32,000 bases of DNA from a cyanobacterium endosymbiont of Braarudosphaera bigelowii (GCF_020885515.1 NZ_AP024987.1:600001-632000); one strand, 5' to 3'. Counted from the stretch's first letter, positions 1-10,862 are shown. Program-made: numbers and translations. Notes: generated by a model from the letters alone, not told the origin.

Positions 1-848
1 GGAATTTCTCGTAAAGACTTAATAAAACCTGTAATACCAAAATACCATAAGCCTTTAGGTCGTTTAATTCCTTGCCAAATAGAATCTAACCAAGAAGGAA
101 GGGTCTGTTCTGTCCAATCCTCGGTAATTACTTTTCCTTGCACCGAACCTGTCATTTCTAGAAGCTCTGCAAAACCTTCAATACTTGCAAAAGCGGGATG
201 AGACCATTGATCTAGAAGTTGTTTCATGATAGCTGATTCTAAGGAATTTAAAGGTTGCTGTCGATCATCACGCTGATTCCAGTCAGCAACAACTAAGATA
301 CCGTTAGGCTTGAGAACACGAAGTAATTCTTGAGCAAACTTCTTTTTATTAGACATATGAGGACCTGCCTCAATGCACCATACCACATCAAAACTAGCAT
401 CAGGAAAAGACAAATTCATGGCATCATCCACCATAAACTTAGTATTTAGAGCTAAGGGAGTAAGTTCTTGAGCACGTTTTACTTGTTTTGGACTGATAGT
501 AATACCAGTAACATTGAAACCATAATCTTTTGACAAAATACGGCTACTCCCTCCGATACCACAACCTACATCAAGGAGGTCAGATCCAGTCGGTAATTTA
601 TTTAGTTTTCCCCAACAGACCATCTCATGAACAAAATCAGATTTTGCTTTCAAAAAGTCTTTCCTCTCAGGTGGAGAACCATAATACCCTAAATGAATAT
701 GTTCACCCCAATAAAATTCCAATATACCGTCTTCTGTCCATTGGTCATAAGAATAGGCTACTGATTCAGAGGACTGATAAGGACGAGCTGAGAGAAAATA
801 AATTGTGCTAGATATACCTAAAAGTAATAATAATATTCCAATAGTCAC
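1..848 (-). CDS. MPBQ/MSBQ-type methyltransferase (SAM-dependent; plastoquinone/tocopherol pathway, Synechocystis sll0418-like), C-terminus cut by window start
   Basis: Hand translation of the minus strand gives VTIGILLLLLGISSTIYFLSARPYQSSESVAYSYDQWTEDGILEFYWGEHIHLGYYG...LLDVGCGIGGSSRILSKDYGFNVTGITISPKQVKRA...DDAMNLSFPDASFDVVWCIEAGPHM...VVADWNQRDDRQ..., open to position 1. It has SAM-MTase motif I and strong recalled resemblance to sll0418. GTG start at 848; an in-frame stop lies just upstream. Missing from the ORF track, probably because it is open at the window edge. Confidence 0.88.
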   Translation of the reverse strand, partial: MTIGILLLLLGISSTIYFLSARPYQSSESVAYSYDQWTEDGILEFYWGEHIHLGYYGSPPERKDFLKAKSDFVHEMVCWGKLNKLPTGSDLLDVGCGIGGSSRILSKDYGFNVTGITISPKQVKRAQELTPLALNTKFMVDDAMNLSFPDASFDVVWCIEAGPHMSNKKKFAQELLRVLKPNGILVVADWNQRDDRQQPLNSLESAIMKQLLDQWSHPAFASIEGFAELLEMTGSVQGKVITEDWTEQTLPSWLDSIWQGIKRPKGLWYFGITGFIKSLREI

Positions 849-1382
849 ATATAGTAAATCCATGATAATTTTAAAATAAAACTCTTAATAATATTAACTT
901 TTTACTAAACTATTATATCGATTCTTTTAACTTTTAATTTTATTTAAAAATAAATACAAGATAGCAATAAAAGACTATTACTTTCATCCTGAAAAAATGT
1001 TTTAATGCTTATTAATCTATTACTTAGATAAGCACTAATGGCAATTATACTATTAATCTAATTAATAATAGTCAATTATTTATTTTTTAACTAGTATTTA
1101 AAAATAAATTGGTAAGTAAACATATTTACTTAAATAAATATATTCGTTTTATATAAATCTTATAATTGACTATGATAACTTGGTTTTTTATAAAAAAATG
1201 TCGTATTATTTAATCATAACATGCTTAAAATTTTTAGATTTTTAACTACTTATTGATTTGGCGAATATAGAAATCAAGTTTTTTCTCACTAAAAAAAATC
1301 AAAACTTTTAATCATTAGAACTGGTAAAAAAACTTATATTTCATGTTAAGTACTCAATTATATTCATAGCTTTTAAAATTAT

Positions 1383-3284
1383 ATGATTTCCCACAATAGT
1401 TTTGATTTTCAGGATGAATTTGATGTCATTGTAATTGGCGCAGGACATTCCGGATGTGAAGCTGCATTAGCAGCATCTCGTTTAGGCTGTAAAACTTTAA
1501 TACTAACCTTAAATCTTGATCGTATTGCTTGGCAACCATGTAATCCTGCAGTAGGAGGACCTGCAAAATCTCAATTGGCTCATGAAGTGGATGCTTTGGG
1601 TGGAGAAATTGGGAAGGTAACTGATTTAACATACTTACAAAAACGGGTTCTTAATGCCTCTAGAGGTCCCGCAGTTTGGGCATTACGCGCTCAAGTTGAC
1701 AAACGTGAATATTCTGCAGTTATGAAGGCAATTATTGAGAATCAAGAAAATCTCAACATTCGTGAAGGTATGGTCACTGATTTAGTATTAGGCCAGAATG
1801 ATGAAATCATGGGAGTTCAGACATATTTTGGTAGTTGTTTTGCTGCAAAAGCAGTTATCTTGGCAACTGGGACTTTTCTCGGAGGACAAATTTGGATTGG
1901 TGGTAAATCTATGGATGCTGGTAGAGCTGGTGAGTTTTCTTCTGTTAAATTGACTAATACTCTTAAACAGTTAGGATTTAAAACAGAAAGGTTGAAGACC
2001 GGAACCCCTGCTAGAATTGATAAACGTTCTGTAGATTACTCTAAATTAGAACCTCAACTTCCTGATCAAGATTTGAAGTGGTTTAGTTTTGATCCCAATT
2101 TTTGGGTAAAAAGACAACAAATGAACTGCTACCTAACTAGAACTATGCCTGAAACACATAAGTTAATAAGAGATAATCTCCATTTATCTCCTATCTATGG
2201 AGGATTTATGAAATCTAAAGGTCCTCGTTATTGTCCATCCATAGAAGATAAAATTATAAGATTTGCAGATAAAAATAGTCATCAAATTTTTATAGAGCCA
2301 GAAGGAAGAGAAACACCAGAATTATATATACAAGGTTTCTCTACTGGTCTACCAGAAAATATTCAATTAGCAATGTTGAAAACTTTACCTGGTTTAGAGA
2401 AATGTATAATGTTACGTCCTGCATATGCTGTAGAGTATGATTTCTTACCAGCCACTCAATGTAGTCCAACTTTAATGACAAAAAGAATCGAGGGCCTCTT
2501 TTGTGCTGGACAAATTAATGGTACGACAGGTTATGAAGAAGCAGCAGCACAAGGGATTGTAGCCGGAATTAATGCTGCAAAATTCATCAACAATGAAGAA
2601 ATGATAATCTTCTCTAGAGAAGAAAGCTATATTGGTACTTTAATTGATGATTTATGTACTAAAGACATAAGAGAACCTTATAGGATGTTAACTTCTAGAT
2701 CTGAATATCGCTTGATACTACGCTCAGATAATGCTGACGAAAGATTAACACCATTAGGAAGAAAAATTGGATTAATTGATGATTATAGATGGCATTTATT
2801 TCAAGGAAAACAAAAAAATATTTTTGAAGAAAAAGAGCGCCTTTCAAAAGTTAGAGTAAAAGAAAAAGATGAAATAGGTATTCGGCTTATTAATGATACT
2901 CAACAAAATATTAAAGGAGCAATTACTTTAGCTGATTTACTACGCCGACCAAAATTTCATTATAAGAATTTAGAACAGTATGGATTAGGAAATGTTGATT
3001 TAACTACTGGAGAAAAAGAAGGAGTAGAGATTGATATTAAATATTCTGGTTATTTGAAACGTCAACAAAATCAACTTGAACAAGTTAAACGCTATACGAA
3101 CCGTAGTTTGCCTATAGATATTGATTATATGAATATTGAAACTTTATCAATGGAGGCAAGAGAGAAGTTGACTAAAGTATCTCCACTAACTATTGGTCAA
3201 GCATCTCGCATTGCTGGGGTTAATCCTGCAGATATTAATGCATTGTTAATATATCTAGAGATAAGGTCGCGCCAGAATATTTAA
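1383..3284 (+). CDS. mnmG: tRNA uridine-5-carboxymethylaminomethyl(34) synthesis enzyme MnmG (GidA)
   Basis: 633 aa; FAD-binding [82 protein letters not shown]. Confidence 0.97.
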   Translation: MISHNSFDFQDEFDVIVIGAGHSGCEAALAASRLGCKTLILTLNLDRIAWQPCNPAVGGPAKSQLAHEVDALGGEIGKVTDLTYLQKRVLNASRGPAVWALRAQVDKREYSAVMKAIIENQENLNIREGMVTDLVLGQNDEIMGVQTYFGSCFAAKAVILATGTFLGGQIWIGGKSMDAGRAGEFSSVKLTNTLKQLGFKTERLKTGTPARIDKRSVDYSKLEPQLPDQDLKWFSFDPNFWVKRQQMNCYLTRTMPETHKLIRDNLHLSPIYGGFMKSKGPRYCPSIEDKIIRFADKNSHQIFIEPEGRETPELYIQGFSTGLPENIQLAMLKTLPGLEKCIMLRPAYAVEYDFLPATQCSPTLMTKRIEGLFCAGQINGTTGYEEAAAQGIVAGINAAKFINNEEMIIFSREESYIGTLIDDLCTKDIREPYRMLTSRSEYRLILRSDNADERLTPLGRKIGLIDDYRWHLFQGKQKNIFEEKERLSKVRVKEKDEIGIRLINDTQQNIKGAITLADLLRRPKFHYKNLEQYGLGNVDLTTGEKEGVEIDIKYSGYLKRQQNQLEQVKRYTNRSLPIDIDYMNIETLSMEAREKLTKVSPLTIGQASRIAGVNPADINALLIYLEIRSRQNI

Positions 3285-3340
3285 TATCTATATTAAAAGA
3301 GAATAGAATTTACCTTTAACCAAATTCTTTCAACTAACTA

Positions 3341-4894
3341 TTAGTTACCTCCAGTACCTAACAAGAAAAGACTCAAAAGAGTTCCTGTATTCCAGAGACT
3401 ATGCATTAATATTGATGACAAAAGATTACGTGAACGTGTGTAAACAACACCTAAAATGATTCCTAAAGTTGTTAATGGTAGAATTTCAGAAATATTAAGA
3501 TGTGCAGCAGCAAAGACTAAACTACTGACTCCAATTGCGGCCCATGGAGAAATATAACGAGTCAGAGAAGGTAATAAAAAACCCCGAAAAATTATCTCTT
3601 CATACAAAGGTGCGGCAATTGCTGCAGTTAGATAAAAAATTGCTAGAGCAACTAAATCTTGGTTTTCCAGAACTAGGGAAAGTAAAGGATTACTTCCTCC
3701 TTGCCCACCCCAAAAGTTATCATTAAGCAATGAAACAATAAGGACTAAAGGTAAGGCAGCTAAGTATCCACCAACTCCCCATGTAATCCAATGACTAAAA
3801 ATTTTAAAATTAAATAATTTTTGAGGTAAAGGAAAGAAAGGTTTTATTGACAAATAAAGCACCAGAATTCCCACTATAGCCATAGTGAGGTAACTGCTTA
3901 AAATATAAATAGCTTTACCTCTAAGACTCAAGTTAATTAAATCAATGCTTAGAAAGGTAAATAAAGTAGGCAAGATAATTTGACCAAAAAAGAAAAATCC
4001 TATGATTAAGACTTTCCAAGGGACTTCAATCGTCCAGGGTATTTCCCATCTATAATTGCCATCTATATTCAAAATTGCAGAATCTTTTCTTAAAATTAAT
4101 TGAATAAAAGATAAGATGATAATTGCTACACCTATAACACCTCCTAAGCTTGGAACCGTAGTAAGAAAAGCTAATTTTAAAATTGCTGCTCGTGAATCTT
4201 TTTCACATTTTGCTTGCAAAATTTGTAAATCTTTCTGCCGATCTTCTATCTTATAAAGTCTTTTTAAAGAATAATTGCGAAACCAGCCATTTAAATTTTC
4301 TTTTATGATGGATTCTGCATCAACTGACTTTATAAAACTATCACTCCACAAATTAATCAAAGTATTAGATATTTGGTCTGAAGAAGGTGAAGGTAGTAAA
4401 AATTGATTATTTTCCCAAATATCTAATGCTCGCTTTGTGTTTCCTTGCGTAATTTCTAATAACCCTATTTTAAGATTTAACTTATGAAGTATTCTTTTCT
4501 GTTTATTGATGTCAGTTAATATTTTTTTTCCATTACTAGATATTTTTAAAGAATCTAAATAAGATTCTTTTTCTATTGTTTTAATTGTATTATTGTCAAC
4601 AATATTTAGTTCAGCACTTAATTTATTAGATAAAATATCATGTACTTCTTTATACTTTTCAAGAGCATTTACATATGGCTGTTGTCCTGATATATATTTA
4701 TTAATATTATTAAATTTTTGATGGTCACTATCAAAAATCTGAGAAGATTTAAGGATTAAATTCGTTTGATAAAGTTGAAAGTTAGATTGAGATTGCGGTT
4801 GATGAACACTATCTACTAATGATAAAAATACTGGAATTAATGAAACTATTGTTATTATGGCTAATAATATTTTTTTCATTTTCATAAATTTCAT
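3341..4894 (-). CDS. CPBP family intramembrane glutamic endopeptidase (CAAX protease/bacteriocin-processing family) with a long N-terminal extension
   Basis: 517 aa; C-terminal polytopic domain with EEIIFRGFLLPSL (EExxxR) and FAAAHLN plus LHSLWN motifs; the N-terminal ~250 aa resembles a soluble or coiled region followed by TM segments. Confidence 0.85.
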   Translation of the reverse strand: MKFMKMKKILLAIITIVSLIPVFLSLVDSVHQPQSQSNFQLYQTNLILKSSQIFDSDHQKFNNINKYISGQQPYVNALEKYKEVHDILSNKLSAELNIVDNNTIKTIEKESYLDSLKISSNGKKILTDINKQKRILHKLNLKIGLLEITQGNTKRALDIWENNQFLLPSPSSDQISNTLINLWSDSFIKSVDAESIIKENLNGWFRNYSLKRLYKIEDRQKDLQILQAKCEKDSRAAILKLAFLTTVPSLGGVIGVAIIILSFIQLILRKDSAILNIDGNYRWEIPWTIEVPWKVLIIGFFFFGQIILPTLFTFLSIDLINLSLRGKAIYILSSYLTMAIVGILVLYLSIKPFFPLPQKLFNFKIFSHWITWGVGGYLAALPLVLIVSLLNDNFWGGQGGSNPLLSLVLENQDLVALAIFYLTAAIAAPLYEEIIFRGFLLPSLTRYISPWAAIGVSSLVFAAAHLNISEILPLTTLGIILGVVYTRSRNLLSSILMHSLWNTGTLLSLFLLGTGGN

Positions 4895-4910
4895 CTAAAT
4901 ATATTGATAC

Positions 4911-6458
4911 TTATTTCCTTTTGGTTGAAATAAGAATAAATCCTGAAGCTTCTCCTAGCATCTTAGCATCAATTAACTTGAAATCTAGGGCTTTTGTATT
5001 CTCTAATAAAAGATAGGATGAGTTTGATGCAAGTATATCTAACTCTTTTTTATTTTGAGATATTACTTGACGCTCACTATAAAAATCTAAGCTAGGACGG
5101 CTATAAGCAAATGAAGTATAGATAACAGTATCAGGTGGTGTAGTCTCTCTGATTAATTTGGCTACTGACTTTACAGGAAATGATTCATTTAATTCCCATA
5201 GCCAAGTGTTAGAAATCATTAGTAAAGTTAAACTTAAATACAATCCTATTATAAGAATGATAATAAAGCCAGATAACTTTTTATATAATTTTTGATTAGT
5301 CCAAAAAAAAGTTATAAAAAATATAAAAAATATAAATTGAAAAATAAATTCTTGTGGGTCTTTAAATATATATACTCCTAGTCCTAATATTAAGTAAGTT
5401 AATACAGACATACTAAATACTAATATTGTAGAGCGATTCTCAGGATATAAATATAAATGAGATAAATTATATCCGATACTTAGAGCAAAAAAAGGATAAA
5501 TTGGCATTATGTACCAAGGCAACTTAGTACCCATAATGGTAATTATAAATAAAAATAAAAAAAATCCTGTTGCTATTAATTGACTTAGATTCTTTTCATG
5601 TTTATTCCAAGCAATAATTAAACCACCAGGAAAAAATATCAACCAAGGGAAACTGTACTTTATTAGCTCAAGTATATAGTACCAAATTCCTCCTTTATTA
5701 CCTTCAACAGCAGTTGATAAACGATCAAAATTTTGCTGAAAAAAATGAACTTCAATAAACTTTTCTCCATAGAAGTCAATCTGTAAATAGTACCAAATAA
5801 CAACTGGACAAAAGCCTATTAATAAACTTATCCAAAGTAAATTATTTTTAAAGAATTCATTATGATCGTTCAAAATCATATAGATTCCCAAAATTCCTCC
5901 TAAAGCGATCGCTAAAATACCTTTACTTAATGCAATCATCCCCAGGCTTATACCAAAGCCTAATATCCACAATGGTTGCTTTTTTGATTTTAATAAACAT
6001 AGTACACACAAAATTAAAAAAGTATTAACCATCCCATCTATCATTGCCAAGCGTCCATGTCGTAAAACAGGTAGCAAAGTTAAATAGACTAAACTACTAA
6101 AAATTGCTGGGAGTTGAGTGTAAAATATATTTCTACCAACTAAGTAAAGCAAAGGGACGCCAGTCGCGGTTAATAAAGCGCAAGGAAGACGAGTAGTAAA
6201 TTCATTAATACCACCTAAATGATAAGAAAAATTAATTAACCAAATAATTAAAGGAGGTTTTAGTAAAAAAGGTTGGTTATAGTATCTAAGATGAAGCCAA
6301 TCGCCAGACTGAAACATACTTCTAGCAACTGTAGCGTAATATCCTTCGTCCCAATCTCTAAGTGGTAAATCTCCTAATCTAATCAACCAAATAAATAAAG
6401 CTAATATTAGTAAAAGTAAAAACCATGAAATATCATTTTTAATATTTAGCCTAATCAT
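4911..6458 (-). CDS. glycosyltransferase family 39 / ArnT-like polytopic membrane protein
   Basis: 515 aa; N-terminal LRDWDEGYYATVARSMFQSGDWLHLRYYNQPFLLKPPLIIWL is typical of the PMT/ArnT GT39 superfamily; multiple TM helices. Confidence 0.83.
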   Translation of the reverse strand: MIRLNIKNDISWFLLLLILALFIWLIRLGDLPLRDWDEGYYATVARSMFQSGDWLHLRYYNQPFLLKPPLIIWLINFSYHLGGINEFTTRLPCALLTATGVPLLYLVGRNIFYTQLPAIFSSLVYLTLLPVLRHGRLAMIDGMVNTFLILCVLCLLKSKKQPLWILGFGISLGMIALSKGILAIALGGILGIYMILNDHNEFFKNNLLWISLLIGFCPVVIWYYLQIDFYGEKFIEVHFFQQNFDRLSTAVEGNKGGIWYYILELIKYSFPWLIFFPGGLIIAWNKHEKNLSQLIATGFFLFLFIITIMGTKLPWYIMPIYPFFALSIGYNLSHLYLYPENRSTILVFSMSVLTYLILGLGVYIFKDPQEFIFQFIFFIFFITFFWTNQKLYKKLSGFIIILIIGLYLSLTLLMISNTWLWELNESFPVKSVAKLIRETTPPDTVIYTSFAYSRPSLDFYSERQVISQNKKELDILASNSSYLLLENTKALDFKLIDAKMLGEASGFILISTKRK

Positions 6459-7998
6459 TTTTATGTGACTTTACTAAGTAAATATAATACTTTTCATTAT
6501 AGATGAAAGATTTCGTAAATTTTTTTAGTAATACAATATCCAAATCCACAGAATATTCTATTAGGCTGTGGTTTAGGATAAGTAAAACGTTTTCATTTTT
6601 ATTCTTACCAACAAAATATTTTTCTATTTCACCTATAATTTCTAAATCATTAGTAGCTTGACGAGAATTATTAAATAATACATAACTACCCATTTTCTTT
6701 GTTTCAGGATAGTAGATTTTTTTATTGAGATATCCACTTATAGGAGCAATAGTAAAATCTTCACTACCAAAAATATGATAATTATCTAGATTATTTTGTT
6801 GAATAAAATTTGCCGTCATTTTACTACTAGAATATGGAATAGATAAATCCCTACTAAAAGCAACCATACCTGCTATTACTTGTAACCATAATATTATTCC
6901 TATGAGGTATTTCCTATATGAAGTAAGAATTTCTATAGTCTTGGAAAAGATATGCAAAAAACGAAAAGAAATATTTTCTAAATATTTTTTATATAATTTT
7001 TCATCGTCATAATTATTTTCTATCCATAAAGAACTTATAAGAATAATATATAAATGTCCATAATGTCTTTGGGATCCTAGGAACTTGATATAAGTAAAAA
7101 TAATAATTTCTAAACTTCCTATTAAAAAGAAACAAAGTGCTACTGGTTTTTTAATGAATGATAATAGAATACAGCCGAATAAACTAATAGATAGAAAAGA
7201 GAAAAAGATTAGGTCTAATATTTTTGAATCGCTTGGAATAATCACCATAACATAGCTACGCCATATTCTATTAACGGTCTGAAGTAAACGATTTATATCG
7301 AAATTAAGAAACCATTGATTGGCACCACCTTGTAATGTACTATCTACAGGAGGTAATAAGGTAAAGACTGAAATACTTACTCCTATTATTAATATTATTA
7401 ATGATAAAAAAATATGATTTTTTTTAATTTCTACTTTATAGCCTAAATGTTTTTTAAAGTAATACTCAAAAATTAATGTAATACTTAAAGCTATAGATAT
7501 TAATAAACAATAAGCATTTGTATTAGCCATAAAAGCCAAGATGAAGGCTAAAATAATATAGTTCTTATATTTATTGTGGAAGTATGTACAAAATAGAAAA
7601 ATCGATAGAATTCCAAAAGCATAATTACGACTAATTAAAGAATATTCATATAAAGGGAAATAACCAAAACTGAATAATATTTTTTGTAATGCATTAAAAG
7701 GAGAATAAATGATAAAAATAGATATTGTAGCAACAGATATTAGCCAATGAACAATTTGCATTATTATTGGGTTTGCTGTGATCTTGTTTAAAAACCATAA
7801 TAAGAAATACCACAATAAAGGATGTCCTTCATATTTAACACTTTCAAAAAAATCAAAGAAAGAAGAGCTGTCTCTTGCAATTAACCAACCATTTAATTCA
7901 TCACGCCACATAGCATGATTCAAAATTCCAATGAGTGTGATGAAGGAAAAAGTTATTATTAAAACTATTTCAATTTTTTTGTTTTGTTTTAGAGACAT
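6451..7998 (-). CDS. polytopic membrane protein, putative lipid-linked-sugar glycosyltransferase (GT-C-like)
   Basis: 515 aa, many TM segments; early acidic loop MWRDELNGWLIARDSSS...YEGHPLLWYFLLWFLNK resembles GT-C first-loop motifs. Overlaps the start of the downstream gene by 8 nt. Confidence 0.6.
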   Translation of the reverse strand: MSLKQNKKIEIVLIITFSFITLIGILNHAMWRDELNGWLIARDSSSFFDFFESVKYEGHPLLWYFLLWFLNKITANPIIMQIVHWLISVATISIFIIYSPFNALQKILFSFGYFPLYEYSLISRNYAFGILSIFLFCTYFHNKYKNYIILAFILAFMANTNAYCLLISIALSITLIFEYYFKKHLGYKVEIKKNHIFLSLIILIIGVSISVFTLLPPVDSTLQGGANQWFLNFDINRLLQTVNRIWRSYVMVIIPSDSKILDLIFFSFLSISLFGCILLSFIKKPVALCFFLIGSLEIIIFTYIKFLGSQRHYGHLYIILISSLWIENNYDDEKLYKKYLENISFRFLHIFSKTIEILTSYRKYLIGIILWLQVIAGMVAFSRDLSIPYSSSKMTANFIQQNNLDNYHIFGSEDFTIAPISGYLNKKIYYPETKKMGSYVLFNNSRQATNDLEIIGEIEKYFVGKNKNENVLLILNHSLIEYSVDLDIVLLKKFTKSFIYNEKYYIYLVKSHKND

Positions 7999-8906
7999 AA
8001 ATTATTAGTTAAGATGATTTAAAAAATATTAGTAAAAAAAAATTGAACATTTATAATCTTTCCATTAAAATAACCAGTTATTCGCATCATTTTAGTTTGT
8101 TATAAAAACAATAATTGTTGCTTTGATAGAAAGAATATAAAATATGATAGTTAATTTATTTTGTTAGAGATAATTAACTATCATATTAAAAGTATTAGTC
8201 AGCATTTAAGTATTCTTCTCGCTACTGTCACATATTACAGTCTTTAGTCAAAAATAAGAATTATTACTAGCGTAAAATAAAACCAATTTAGCAATAATCA
8301 ACTTTATAAATTAGTAGATATATATCAATATCTGAAAGTTGATGTAATCTCTTTTCATGATGAAAAAAAATCCTTTAAATTTATGAAAAGGTACAGTTAT
8401 CAATTTTTTCGAAAATACTAGACCATACTTTGATGCAAACAGTATATTTTTATTTGACTATTCTAATAAGAGAGAAAATTTATTAAGACTACATAGAGAT
8501 TAATTAATTTTTAAGATTGTACTCCATAATTTTTCGTAATGCCAGTTAAGATATTACTGCATGACTTGTTAGTAACAAGTTAAGCGGATGTTTAGAAAAT
8601 TTATCAGATTCATAAAAATCTTGGATAATTGTACTTAATAAAACAAAAATATTTTTTTATAACCGTACATCATTAGCTTAATCAATTATTGGGTAGCTAA
8701 CTTATCAAATAAAATTTTGGTAGAAATATTTTCATGAAAAAAGAGATATAAATTAATTCTTTGCTACCCATTCAGGACAAAAACCGCCATAATAAAAAAG
8801 TCATGAAATAATTATGAAATAATTCCTTTTTACTGTCAGATTAAAAACAGTGAGGGATTTAAATATATTACTTCTGGCTATTAAAAATATTTATTAATCT
8901 CTTTGT

Positions 8907-10862
8907 GTGAGGAAATTAAGAACTGTGTCGTTTAGAACTATTCGGCAAAAACAAAATGATAAAGAATCCTCGGCTGTTGATAATTCTTTTATTCGAGGGA
9001 CTTTTCGTATTGTCAAAAAAACTACTCTAGGACTTAGTCTACTAACAACTTCTATTGTTGCTGGGGGATTGGTAGGGTTGGCTATTAGTTTCCGAAACTT
9101 ACCTAATGTGCGTACTCTTAGTAACTACTCTCCATCAGAGACTAGCTATGTTTACGATATTAATGGTGAGCTAATATCTCGACTTCATGGTGAGGCAAAC
9201 CGTGAAGCTGTAGCATTTAAACAAATTTCACCTAATTTAAAACGTGCAGTTTTAGCAATTGAAGATAGCCATTTTTATTTACATCACGGAATTAATCCTA
9301 ATAGTATTGGAAGAGCTATATGGGTTAACTGGAAAAGCGGCGGAGTAGTAGAAGGTGCCTCGACATTAACTATGCAACTAGTTAAAAATATTTTTTTGAG
9401 CAGTGACCGGACTTTTAGTAGAAAGCTTTCCGAAGCAGTTTTAGCAATTCGTATAGAACAAGTATTCTCAAAAAATCAAATAATGGAAATGTACCTCAAT
9501 AATATTTACTGGGGACATAACAATTATGGTGTACAAACTGCAGCACAAAGCTATTTTAACAAACCTGCTGCTAAGTTGAGTTTACCCGAAGCAGCTTTAA
9601 TGGCGGGTCTAATTCAAGCTCCAGAAACACACAGTCCCTTTTTTGATTATAAGAAAGCAAAAAAAAGACAAAAAGTTGTGCTTGATCGTATGGCTGCTTT
9701 GGGATGGATTACTGAGAAAGAAGCGACAATAGCTTACAAAACATCTTTAAAAATTGGAAAACCAACTTCATGGCAAGCTAGTAAACTACCTTATGTCAGC
9801 GATACGGTAATGCAAGAACTGAAAGGTAAATTCAGTAAAGACATAATATTAAAAGGTGGAATGCGTATACAAACATCCATTAACTATATTACGCAACAAA
9901 AAGCTGAAAAGGCAGTTAAAGAAGGATATAAAAGATTAAGAAAACAAGGTATATCTGCTAGAGATCTTCAGATTGCCCTAGTAGCCATTGATCCTCGCAC
10001 TCATTTTATTAAAGCAATTGTTGGAGGAGTAAACTATAATACAAGCCAATTGAATCGAGCTACTCAATCTCGTCGTCAACCAGGTTCATCTTTTAAACCA
10101 TTTGTTTATTATACAGCGTTTGCTAGTGGGAAATTCACACCAAGTTCAGTAATTAATGACAGTCCCGTTAGTTATAAGGATGGGGCTGGACAGTTATATA
10201 GTCCTAAAAATTATGGGGGAAAATTTTCAGGAACTATGCCAATAAAGACTGCTTTAATGAAATCTCGTAATGTTCCTGCCGTAATTATTGGACAAAAGGT
10301 TGGGTTAAGAAAAATAATTGATGTTTGTCGTTTACTGGGCATAACTAGTCCCATGCGTCCTGTGATTTCTCTTCCTTTAGGGGCTGGAGACATTACGCCT
10401 TTGGAGATGGCTAACGCTTATGCAACTTTTGCTAGTAACGGTTGGTATGCTGACCCTACTATTATTCTTAAGGTTACTGATAGTAAGGGCAATATTTTGT
10501 TAGATAATACTCCTCAGCCATACTTTGTTCTTGATCCTTGGGCAACATCCTCTTTAACTAGTGTTTTACAAGAAGTAATTCAGAGAGGTACGGGGAGAGC
10601 AGCTAATATTGGTAGACCAGCAGCAGGAAAAACAGGAACTACAGATAATGAACGCAATGTTTGGTTTGTCGGTTATGTACCCCAACTAGCGACTGCTGTA
10701 TGGGTTGGTGATGATGCTAATCGGACTATGGGGAAAGGTATAACAGGAGGTGGCCATGCAGCACCTATATGGCGTAGTTTTATGCAAGAAGCTTTAAAAA
10801 ATGAACCAATTAAACAGTTTCATGCAGCTTCGAAGTTTTCTCGCCCTCAAGCTAAAAAATGA
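8907..10862 (+). CDS. class A penicillin-binding protein (transglycosylase/transpeptidase)
   Basis: 651 aa; GT51 motifs EDSHFYLHHGINPNSIGRA and GASTLTMQLVKNIFL; transpeptidase SSFKPF (SxxK), KTGTTD (KTG). GTG start at 8907; a later GTG start inside the first codons is possible. Confidence 0.95.
   Translation: MRKLRTVSFRTIRQKQNDKESSAVDNSFIRGTFRIVKKTTLGLSLLTTSIVAGGLVGLAISFRNLPNVRTLSNYSPSETSYVYDINGELISRLHGEANREAVAFKQISPNLKRAVLAIEDSHFYLHHGINPNSIGRAIWVNWKSGGVVEGASTLTMQLVKNIFLSSDRTFSRKLSEAVLAIRIEQVFSKNQIMEMYLNNIYWGHNNYGVQTAAQSYFNKPAAKLSLPEAALMAGLIQAPETHSPFFDYKKAKKRQKVVLDRMAALGWITEKEATIAYKTSLKIGKPTSWQASKLPYVSDTVMQELKGKFSKDIILKGGMRIQTSINYITQQKAEKAVKEGYKRLRKQGISARDLQIALVAIDPRTHFIKAIVGGVNYNTSQLNRATQSRRQPGSSFKPFVYYTAFASGKFTPSSVINDSPVSYKDGAGQLYSPKNYGGKFSGTMPIKTALMKSRNVPAVIIGQKVGLRKIIDVCRLLGITSPMRPVISLPLGAGDITPLEMANAYATFASNGWYADPTIILKVTDSKGNILLDNTPQPYFVLDPWATSSLTSVLQEVIQRGTGRAANIGRPAAGKTGTTDNERNVWFVGYVPQLATAVWVGDDANRTMGKGITGGGHAAPIWRSFMQEALKNEPIKQFHAASKFSRPQAKK

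Noticed and set aside
530-811. Plus-strand 93-aa ORF
   Set aside because: Lies antisense within the clearly supported methyltransferase on the minus strand; its translation looks unlike a folded protein.
849-1382. 534-bp AT-rich intergenic region between the divergent methyltransferase and mnmG genes
   Set aside because: Examined for repeats, RNA folds and frames; only short A/T runs were found, consistent with divergent promoters.
1426-1632. Minus-strand 68-aa ORF
   Set aside because: Antisense shadow inside mnmG, which has continuous family motifs.
3535-3726. Plus-strand 63-aa ORF
   Set aside because: Antisense inside the CPBP protease gene.
10211-10393. Minus-strand 60-aa ORF
   Set aside because: Antisense inside the transpeptidase domain of the PBP.
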